Shown here in pieces: positions 1 to 7,309 of a stretch of DNA of 64,000 nucleotides. Source of the DNA: Candidatus Aenigmatarchaeota archaeon (GTDB lineage Archaea; Aenigmatarchaeota; Aenigmatarchaeia; CG10238-14; SCSR01); NCBI GenBank assembly GCA_038998335.1, contig JAVZHQ010000001.1, positions 320,001 through 384,000 of the forward strand, read 5' to 3'. A program made the position numbers and the translations under genes. How positions within the stretch are numbered: the stretch's first letter is position 1; the number at the start of each line of letters is the position of its first letter. The notes under the pieces are model-generated. The model was not told the origin of the DNA, searched no databases, and saw nothing but the letters and a program-made list of their open reading frames with translations.

Positions 1-2160
1 ATCTATGTGATAAGTGTTGTACAGGTCGATTAGGTTGTATGCCAAGCTTTTTGGAAATCTTACTTGCTCTTTAAGCCATTGTGGGATTTGTTTATTCCAA
101 GCAGGATAGAAAGATGCGAAGTACTTTGTTATGTAATTTTCATCCCAATTTCCGTACCTAAATCCTTTTACTGTACCATCATGAGAATTTATTAAGACTA
201 TAGCAAAAAGTCTTCTGAAATTCCCACTAGTTTTTACCAAGTATCCTGAAGTATCTGTATAGCCGCTATTAATTTTTTTGTTGATGTAGATAGCAAAACA
301 GTAGTAAATGTTCCCTTCAGGGTCTACCACTAGATAAGGTATGGGCTTTCCGGTAGAAGGTTCTTTTTCTACTTCAAGTCCTTCGATCAGCAATGAATTT
401 ATTCTTTCTACAACATCTCTTTTGAAAAGTACTGAAATTTCTTTTCCGTATTGTCCTGAAGCGAAGGCAAACTCACCTCTCCAGAAGAAGTACCACCATC
501 TTTCAGTAGCGCCCCATACCACTGTATCTTTATCGCTCAATATATAGTCAGGAACTCCATCGTATGAAGCTGGCCCTTTATAGCTTGGAAGACTTGCCTC
601 CTTCCACTTGCCTATGTTTAGATAAACTTCGTTTTGTTCTCTGAATAGACCACCAATTCCGTAGTACATAGAAAGAGTCGACATGTTAACTTGTGGAAAA
701 ATTTTATCAAAGTCTACTATTTCTCCACTTGCTGCATCTACAGCAATTATCGATTGCGATCGAACGTAAATGTATCTTTTGCCTTCTACAACATCTGAAG
801 CTTCTGGTAGTACTGGCGACGTTGGGCAAACCCAATACTCATGATTGTTTGCCCAAACAATCATAGGGCCATAGTAATACTTGTCTCCTTCTTGTTCTAC
901 TGCCAGTTTCATCCAAGGCTGGCCAACTTTTATACCATAGGCATAAATCATTTGTTTGAGAGCAGCTGTATAGCTTATTATTCTTACATCTTTGAGTATG
1001 CTTTCCTCGAACTCTGGTGAAGTTTTTATAGCTTCAGATGATAAAGTTTGAATGTTTGACAAATCGTTAGTCCATTTAATATAGGCTATATGGGGTTGAA
1101 TTCTGTAAGGAAATTCAAAGATATTTTTAGAAGCGCTGTAATTTTGCTGAACATGATAGTTCCACCATGCTATTAATGTAGGAGCCCATAAAATTATAAT
1201 GATAAGGACTAAAGTAATAAGTACTGTACCAAGTGCGTGCTCTTCAAAGAATTTTGCTATGTAGGCTTCTGAATAGTGTAACGCTATTCCTAAAAATGCT
1301 AAAACAATAACTAACACTAGCCTCCATTGAACGTATATGGGAACTGTTATGTCACCGACAGTTGAAGGTACCATTAGAATACAGAAGTAGAAACTCCACG
1401 CAAAGCCTGAAATTAGGATATACTTAAACACTCTGATCATTTTTCTTTCTAATTCACCTTCTTCCCAACCCCATCTTCCTTTGTGCTCTGTTAAGGTCAC
1501 GTAAGAAGTTATTGGAACTTTGATGGTATAGTAGATAAGCAAAGGTAAAAGAATTAGGCTTAATAACTCTAGAAAGTCAAAGACTATTGTGTTTTCTAGT
1601 AGATAATTTGCTGTTGGTAGGCCTCCGAAGATATAGTAGTTTATCGATGGTAAGTAAACTCTTTGAATAAAATCTATCCAGTTCATTCCGTTCATTTGTA
1701 GGTATGAGTCAACAAGAAGCCATTGTCTAGCGATAGCATGACCTATGAATAATGCAACTATGAATCCTAAGAAAGCTCTTAGCAAAGCTAGGATTAAGCC
1801 TACTAAAGCTCTTTTAGCAAGGCTAGTCTCGTTAATATCTACGTCGAATAATCTAAACACAAGCTTCATAGTTGCTCTTTTTCTCCAGAAGAAAGGATTG
1901 CTTAAGAACCAGATCAAAGGTATTACCCAAAGAACTTGCCAGTAGTAGCCTTTTTCAAAGGTTATGTCCCAGATGTTTACTCCTGCTTTGTGAAGCATCC
2001 ACCATCCGTTAAACTTCATTTGGAATAGCCAGTTTGCATAGGATAGTTGCGAAATTATGAAGATTATTATTGCTAAGAACATTATTGTTATTGTTAGTCG
2101 TTTATGCTCTTTGAAGAACTCTTTTATTTGCTTTCCGTAGCCAATTCTTTCTTCTTCCAT
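1..2160 (-). CDS. UPF0182 (COG1615)-like multi-pass membrane protein, partial (runs off window start)
   Basis: Not in the ORF track. Manual translation from ATG at 2160 (AGGAGG SD upstream) is open to base 1 (720 codons): MEEERIGYGKQIKEFF..., an N-terminal multi-TM region, then motifs RDVVERI, PYLVVD and QVRFPKSL...YH typical of UPF0182. Confidence 0.75.
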   Translation of the reverse strand, partial: MEEERIGYGKQIKEFFKEHKRLTITIMFLAIIIFIISQLSYANWLFQMKFNGWWMLHKAGVNIWDITFEKGYYWQVLWVIPLIWFLSNPFFWRKRATMKLVFRLFDVDINETSLAKRALVGLILALLRAFLGFIVALFIGHAIARQWLLVDSYLQMNGMNWIDFIQRVYLPSINYYIFGGLPTANYLLENTIVFDFLELLSLILLPLLIYYTIKVPITSYVTLTEHKGRWGWEEGELERKMIRVFKYILISGFAWSFYFCILMVPSTVGDITVPIYVQWRLVLVIVLAFLGIALHYSEAYIAKFFEEHALGTVLITLVLIIIILWAPTLIAWWNYHVQQNYSASKNIFEFPYRIQPHIAYIKWTNDLSNIQTLSSEAIKTSPEFEESILKDVRIISYTAALKQMIYAYGIKVGQPWMKLAVEQEGDKYYYGPMIVWANNHEYWVCPTSPVLPEASDVVEGKRYIYVRSQSIIAVDAASGEIVDFDKIFPQVNMSTLSMYYGIGGLFREQNEVYLNIGKWKEASLPSYKGPASYDGVPDYILSDKDTVVWGATERWWYFFWRGEFAFASGQYGKEISVLFKRDVVERINSLLIEGLEVEKEPSTGKPIPYLVVDPEGNIYYCFAIYINKKINSGYTDTSGYLVKTSGNFRRLFAIVLINSHDGTVKGFRYGNWDENYITKYFASFYPAWNKQIPQWLKEQVRFPKSLAYNLIDLYNTYHID

Positions 2161-2258
2161 TTTTCTTTCCTCCTTTTTCTTGCCCCACCCACGGCTGGAT
2201 TTTGGGGTACGTGGGGCTTGGCCCCAGGCTTAAAAGCCCTCCAGCCCACAGAAAAAAA
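2161..2258 (-). repeat. 98-bp GC-rich structured intercistronic element, copy 1 (includes AGGAGG SD)
   Basis: Identical to 7196-7293; complementary blocks GGCTGGA/TCCAGCC, GGGGC/GCCCC, GCCCCAC/GTGGGGC. Confidence 0.95.
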
Positions 2259-2265
2259 GGGAATT

Positions 2266-2538
2266 TTAAAGAGAGAAAGCCCAAAAAAAGGCTATAGTCC
2301 ATGCTATTATCACTGCTATGAAAGGAACCCTCTTGTCTTTGTAAACCATTGAATATGAGTAAATTCCTAAGGCTGCAAAGAAGCCAAAGAGTAGAAGTAT
2401 GTAATAGCTGAATACTACAGGAAACGTTTGTTGAAATTCTTGGATTCTTAGGTTAAGTCCGATTATTAGCAAGAAAGCGCACCATCCTGCCAAAAACAAA
2501 GCTGCAAAGCAAAGACTTACTATTTTACTCTTTTCCAT
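2266..2538 (-). CDS. small 3-TM membrane protein
   Basis: 90 aa, three hydrophobic segments, AGGAGGTGA SD upstream. Confidence 0.75.
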   Translation of the reverse strand: MEKSKIVSLCFAALFLAGWCAFLLIIGLNLRIQEFQQTFPVVFSYYILLLFGFFAALGIYSYSMVYKDKRVPFIAVIIAWTIAFFWAFSL

Positions 2539-2562
2539 TTAGCTTCTCACCTCCTTTTTAAT

Positions 2563-2703
2563 TTGATAACCTTGAAGAAAAACAAGAAAAGACATTCAAT
2601 TCTTAACAAAAGACAACTCAAGAAAAAAATTTTCTTTTTGATTAGAAAAAACTCTACCAAAATTTTTCTTCAATTTTTGCTTTTTTCCTTCAAGTTTTAT
2701 CAA
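2563..2703. repeat. imperfect inverted repeat pair upstream of the 90-aa gene
   Basis: TTGATAACCTTGAAGAAAAA (2563-2582) versus the reverse complement of 2681-2703, TTGATAAAACTTGAAGGAAAAAA. Confidence 0.45.
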
Positions 2704-2808
2704 GTTAGTTGCTCTAAAGGTAAACCAAGTTTTTTCGTTTAATAAATCTTATAATTATAAACTTCGAAAGCCTTATAAGTTTTTTTCTCAAAAAATGAAA
2801 CACTTGTT

Positions 2809-4878
2809 TCACCTTTCTGGAATAAACTCAATTTTTTTCCAAGTTTCGCCTTTTTTAAAATCTTCTATGCTTGCAACGTAAAGGATTAAACCTATTCCTT
2901 TATGCTCAAAGCTATACTTTGCAGCTTGCTGTATTACACAAACTTTTATTTTTTCCGAAGAGCAAACAAAATAAATTTCTTTTCTGGAATTCTTTATTTT
3001 TTCATAAATCTTAGCCGGAACAGCTTCAGCTATCAAGCTAACTTCAAAGTTAAACTCATTTTTTTCTATTTCAATTTTTTCTTGAGTCCTTGAAACTATT
3101 CTATAGCCATTCAAAGTGAAAACGTTTTCCAAAAACTTTATTTCCTCTTCGCTAAACTCCTTTCTCTCATGCTTTGGCAAGGTATTGTTTCTTAAGATAA
3201 GAGCAAGCTCACCCTCATGTGTTAAGAAGTAGAATATGGCAGTTTGCTTGTAAACCTTTGCTTTTCTTGAACCGATAAAACCTATTTGGCTAAGCTTTTC
3301 TACAATTTCGTTAAAAACTCTGCAAGACATTTTTAACTTTTTATAAAGCTCAGAAGTGTAAGAACCTTCAAAACTAGCTAAAGCTTCTAAAACTTTCCAC
3401 TCGTTATAAGTAACTCTTAAAATCTTTTTCTCGATATCTTCTTTCTCAAGCTTAAGCGCAACCTCAAAATCCTTTCTTTCTCTTTCTTTAAATTTCAAAA
3501 TCCTTTCTTCCATTTCCTTTCTTAAAATTTCATCGCTTATAATTCCCCTTTCAACCAAAACTAAAGGAAACTTTATCAGGAAAGGATTTGGAAAATCAGA
3601 CTTTCTTATCAAAATAAAAGCATGTCCTACAGGAAGCCTTCTCAAGTAATCTATATCTTTTTCTTCTCTTAATCCTAACATATTAGCTGCATCTTGTACG
3701 TCTGAAGAATACTTTGTATCTAAGCCCAAATTCATGTAAATATGCGTAGAAGTGTTTCCCAAGGCAGGATAGCTCACTAAAGAAGGGTGCTGATCAACAT
3801 AAATCATTCCTATTCCTAACTCTCTAATTTCTCTGAATATCAAATCAGTTACAGCTTCTACCCCAAACTTCTTAGTTTTTTCTCTGTTCAAAACATGATG
3901 AGCTTCTTCAAGGATTATTACTCCCAAAAGCTTTTCTCTTTTGTTTGAAACAATAAGCCAATCTCTTATCCATTGCAAGATTATTTCTATGAAAAAAGTT
4001 TTGTCATCATTGCTTAAAGAATCGAGCTCAAGTATTGTTATTTTGCCTTTTTCAAAAAAGCTCGAAGGTAAAATTCCTTTTTCACAATCAAAGATTTCTC
4101 CTGTTTCTCTCAAGCATAAAGATTCTAAAGGCCTTTTTGCAGTTGCTATCCAGTTTTTCTCTCTTGGTGAAAGCTCAAAGCAAGAATATTTCTCAAGCCA
4201 ATCTTTTATATCTTTTATTCTTGGAGTTTCTGGCTCAAGCTTTTTGTAGAGCTCGTCCAAAGCTTTTAAGATTATGTGCCTTCCTCCTCCCAAAAGCCAG
4301 TAAGCATGGTCAAAAACTTCGGCAAACTCTTTTATCCACTGAGAAACCTGAACTCCTTGAGGAGGAACCAAAGGATTAAACCTGAAAGGAGCAATATCTC
4401 TTCCAACAGTATAAACTGTTATCCTTTCTTTAAGCTCAGTAGCAAGCAAATCTCTGTAGTTTCTTTTTGAAAAGTCAAAAATTAAAATTGGAATTTCCCT
4501 TTTTGCTAAGGATTTTACAAGAAAATGAACAATATTAGTTTTTCCTGAGCCTGAAGAACCAAAGATTCCTACATGCGTTAGCAAATCTTTCTCGTTTAAA
4601 AACAAAGGGTAAAGCTCTTTCTTTCCGTATAAAATGGTTCCGAGCTCAAAATCTCCTTTTGAAGCAATTTCTTTTGGAGGAGGCTCTAGCAAAGCTGAAC
4701 TTTTTAATTCATCATCAGAAAAAATGCTTGCTTTTATTCCGTCTATTATTTCAACTATTTTCTTTCTATATTCTTCATCTCCTAGAAAATAAGCTGCCTC
4801 GAGCCTTGCTGCTTTTTCTTTCCCCAAAAAAGGAATAAGCCTTTGAATCTCTTTTGTTATTTCTTCCATTTTATCCAC
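2809..4878 (-). CDS. HerA/FtsK/VirB4-like (DUF87) P-loop ATPase with C-terminal winged-helix region
   Basis: HVGIFGSSGSGKT Walker A, IILEEAHH Walker B, RELGIG..VDQHPS motif, FNPL motif; C-terminal MarR-like segment (YFLTHEG). Confidence 0.85.
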   Translation of the reverse strand: MDKMEEITKEIQRLIPFLGKEKAARLEAAYFLGDEEYRKKIVEIIDGIKASIFSDDELKSSALLEPPPKEIASKGDFELGTILYGKKELYPLFLNEKDLLTHVGIFGSSGSGKTNIVHFLVKSLAKREIPILIFDFSKRNYRDLLATELKERITVYTVGRDIAPFRFNPLVPPQGVQVSQWIKEFAEVFDHAYWLLGGGRHIILKALDELYKKLEPETPRIKDIKDWLEKYSCFELSPREKNWIATAKRPLESLCLRETGEIFDCEKGILPSSFFEKGKITILELDSLSNDDKTFFIEIILQWIRDWLIVSNKREKLLGVIILEEAHHVLNREKTKKFGVEAVTDLIFREIRELGIGMIYVDQHPSLVSYPALGNTSTHIYMNLGLDTKYSSDVQDAANMLGLREEKDIDYLRRLPVGHAFILIRKSDFPNPFLIKFPLVLVERGIISDEILRKEMEERILKFKERERKDFEVALKLEKEDIEKKILRVTYNEWKVLEALASFEGSYTSELYKKLKMSCRVFNEIVEKLSQIGFIGSRKAKVYKQTAIFYFLTHEGELALILRNNTLPKHERKEFSEEEIKFLENVFTLNGYRIVSRTQEKIEIEKNEFNFEVSLIAEAVPAKIYEKIKNSRKEIYFVCSSEKIKVCVIQQAAKYSFEHKGIGLILYVASIEDFKKGETWKKIEFIPER

Positions 4879-5467
4879 CTAAGTTTAAGTCTGAAAATAA
4901 GCTTGCTATCTTTGATTCTTCTTCGTATTGCTCTTCAAGCTCTTTTAGCTGCTTTCTTAAGGCTACTATGTCACGCCAGAAAAGAGTATTTTCCTTTCTC
5001 TTTTCCATTCTTAACAAAGTAACGTTAAGCTTAAACTCCCTTAGCTCTTCCCTGTTTGAAATTGTTGAAATTATTCTTTCCATTTCTGCTATGTCTGAAT
5101 CTATTTCTTTGTTAAACTTTACGTTCATCTCTTCTCTTTCTTTAATAATCTGCTTGATTTCTTCTATTCTTTCCTTCAAGAACCTCACTCTATCGAACAA
5201 ATTTCCAACAACTTTTGAACCAAAGAGCTCTAAAGGTTCAATTTCGGTTGATTGCATATCCTTAGCAAGCTTTTGAAGAATTGGCACGCTTATTTTCTGA
5301 ATTTTTGGCTTGATTACTTTAACTTCTTCTTGTTTGTACTTTGGAATTTTTGGCAAAGCTTGAGAAGAGCTATCTTCTTTTTTCTCCACATAATCTTCGC
5401 TGTCCTTGCTCTTGTAGCTTTTTATAACTCTTTTTATTTCTTTGTCATCCAATTCATAGTATTCCAT
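4871..5467 (-). CDS. coiled-coil hypothetical protein, coupled to the ATPase
   Basis: 198 aa, E/K-rich heptads; overlaps the ATPase start. Confidence 0.75.
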   Translation of the reverse strand: MEYYELDDKEIKRVIKSYKSKDSEDYVEKKEDSSSQALPKIPKYKQEEVKVIKPKIQKISVPILQKLAKDMQSTEIEPLELFGSKVVGNLFDRVRFLKERIEEIKQIIKEREEMNVKFNKEIDSDIAEMERIISTISNREELREFKLNVTLLRMEKRKENTLFWRDIVALRKQLKELEEQYEEESKIASLFSDLNLGG

Positions 5468-5643
5468 ATAATCACTTATTGGTAGTTAATGAAAATTAAA
5501 TTATTTAAATCTTTCGATGTTAAGACAACTAAAGACATTTTTCTCCACTTTTCAAAATTTTTCTCAATTCTTTAAGAAATTTGTCCAAAAAAATTGGTAC
5601 AAATGCGTCAAATTTAAAAACTTTTTTGTCATTATATTTTCAT

Positions 5644-6081
5644 ATGATAGACGAAAGAGATTTGTTTATATTAAATGAATTGAGAAAAAACGCAAGGCTT
5701 AGCTCTCGTGCCCTAGCAAAAAAAGTTGGCTTACCAATTTCTACCGTGCATAGAAGAATAAAAAGGATGGAAAAGGAAGGAATAATCAAAGGGTATTATG
5801 CAGCCATAGACTTTGAAAAGATAGGAAAACCTATAGAAGCATTAATATTGATAAACCTTGCAGAAGGAAGAGAATATATCCCTTTAGAACAAATAAAAAA
5901 AGAGCTTAAAGGAATAGGAGAAATAATGGAAATTCTTGTTCTTCAAGGGGGAAACATCGATCTAATAACAAAAGTGAGGCTTCCTAACCTTAAAAACCTT
6001 TCATCATTTTTGGAAAACATAAGAAAGCTTGAAGGAATAGAGGAAGTTTCTTGCTCCATAGTTGCTGAGGAATTGAGTTAA
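5644..6081 (+). CDS. Lrp/AsnC family transcriptional regulator
   Basis: IDERDLFILNELRKNARLS...STVHRRIKRMEKEGIIKGY HTH; ATG at 5644 preferred. Confidence 0.92.
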   Translation: MIDERDLFILNELRKNARLSSRALAKKVGLPISTVHRRIKRMEKEGIIKGYYAAIDFEKIGKPIEALILINLAEGREYIPLEQIKKELKGIGEIMEILVLQGGNIDLITKVRLPNLKNLSSFLENIRKLEGIEEVSCSIVAEELS

Positions 6082-6089
6082 TTTTTTAG

Positions 6090-6107
6090 ATGTTAGACGT
6101 CTAACAT
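6090..6107. promoter_or_regulatory. perfect 18-bp palindrome ATGTTAGACGTCTAACAT between convergent genes
   Basis: Self-complementary, flanked by T- and A-runs; resembles the palindrome at 24566-24581. Confidence 0.6.
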
Positions 6108-6148
6108 AAAACAAAAAAATGGGGAAGTGGAAAGGAAGTCAAAGAAAC

Positions 6149-6325
6149 TCATTGCCTTCTAAGCTTTGGTATAGCAAAAGCTAAGATTAGCCCTAGAAAG
6201 AAAATCAGCACAACGAAGATTGCTGTGCCAAGAATAGGACCTGCCATCAGAGCAAGGAAAACCGTCACTATTAAGTAAAGCACTGATAGCAAAGCCATTG
6301 TCACAATTTTTTCTTCCTTTGGCAT
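6149..6325 (-). CDS. 58-aa two-TM membrane protein (possible immunity/partner protein)
   Basis: Start MPKEEKIV at 6325 with AGGAGGAG SD overlapping the upstream gene's stop; two hydrophobic helices and a basic tail. Confidence 0.7.
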   Translation of the reverse strand: MPKEEKIVTMALLSVLYLIVTVFLALMAGPILGTAIFVVLIFFLGLILAFAIPKLRRQ

Positions 6326-6336
6326 GTTAGCTCCTC

Positions 6337-7194
6337 CTAGATTATGATGAAAAAGCCCCAGTCCTTCCATGCACCGAAGCTCATCCACCACCAAGCTGCT
6401 ATCACCCAGCCAAAGAATGTTAGTTTGCCATAGCCCCATGTGTATATCCAACCGTCTCCAAGCTCTGTCTGTATTATATTTTCGATGAACCATCTTATTA
6501 AGTATCCTACTAACGCTAATATTGCTCCGACCAAAGCTATTATTCCTGCCACAAACTTGCTAACAAGCTCTGGAACTGCTAGCAAGCCCGCGATTATCGG
6601 TCCTAAAAGCCCTGCTATGGAAGCAAAGGTTGACTTATACTTTGCATCCTCTAAAGTGTATTGAGGAATGTGATGATGATGCTTTGAAGCTCCGTTTAAA
6701 GTATAGGCTTTGTTCTTAGCTAGTGGATAGTAGGTTTCTATGTTGTCAGGATGGTCGTACTTAACCCAGAAATAATCGCTTCCAGGAGCTCTAACAAAAA
6801 GTATACCATCCCAATAGTATTTTGGTAAACTTAAACTAGAAGTTGTTGCCATAACTCTATAGCCTGGCTCTATGAAAAGCCAAGAAGGCATAGGCACTCT
6901 AGGAGGTTTTGGCTGAGGATATATTTTTGCTATTGGATAAGGATCAGACTTTATTGTTATTACCCTTCCTTCAACAGTAGTTTTTACTTCAATCTGAACG
7001 TAGTGTTGACCTGCTTTTATTATGTCAAACCTTTTGGCATAGACTTTGAAACCATTTATTTCAAACGTTTTTGAAGTTTCTATGGTTAAATTTGTGTTTA
7101 ATAGCGAGACACTTGCATAAGTTGGCAGAGCTACACTTGAACTTAGCACTAGGAAGAGAAGCAGCGCTACTATTGCTACTTTGTACTTTCGCAT
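6337..7194 (-). CDS. secreted protein with hydrophobic helical hairpin and Trp-rich C-terminus
   Basis: Start MRKYKVAIVALLLFLVLS at 7194 after AGGAGG; 285 aa; HHHH motif; long Gly/Ala-rich hydrophobic segment. Confidence 0.75.
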   Translation of the reverse strand: MRKYKVAIVALLLFLVLSSSVALPTYASVSLLNTNLTIETSKTFEINGFKVYAKRFDIIKAGQHYVQIEVKTTVEGRVITIKSDPYPIAKIYPQPKPPRVPMPSWLFIEPGYRVMATTSSLSLPKYYWDGILFVRAPGSDYFWVKYDHPDNIETYYPLAKNKAYTLNGASKHHHHIPQYTLEDAKYKSTFASIAGLLGPIIAGLLAVPELVSKFVAGIIALVGAILALVGYLIRWFIENIIQTELGDGWIYTWGYGKLTFFGWVIAAWWWMSFGAWKDWGFFIII

Positions 7195-7195
7195 T

Positions 7196-7293
7196 TTTTC
7201 TTTCCTCCTTTTTCTTGCCCCACCCACGGCTGGATTTTGGGGTACGTGGGGCTTGGCCCCAGGCTTAAAAGCCCTCCAGCCCACAGAAAAAAA
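7196..7293 (-). repeat. 98-bp GC-rich structured intercistronic element, copy 2
   Basis: Identical to 2161-2258. Confidence 0.95.
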
Positions 7294-7309
7294 AGAGGGA
7301 AAATGAAAG

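Noticed and set aside
341-1945. Plus-strand ORFs 341-547 and 1745-1945
   Set aside because: Antisense shadows of the long minus-strand UPF0182-like gene.
2161-2258. 98-bp element as tRNA, hammerhead/HDV ribozyme, CRISPR repeat or integron attC
   Set aside because: No T-loop or cloverleaf, no CUGANGA/GAAA core, and no HDV P3/P1.1/catalytic C despite similar pseudoknot order. Only two copies 5 kb apart, and no RYYYAAC/GTTRRRY ends.
6326-6493. N-terminal half of the 114-aa ORF
   Set aside because: Overlaps the upstream gene out of frame; the SD supports a start at 6325.
7195-7284. N-terminal extension of the 315-aa ORF (and ORFs 2102-2302, 2104-2352, 7071-7268)
   Set aside because: These are translations of the non-coding repeat; the SD-supported starts are at 7194 and 2160.
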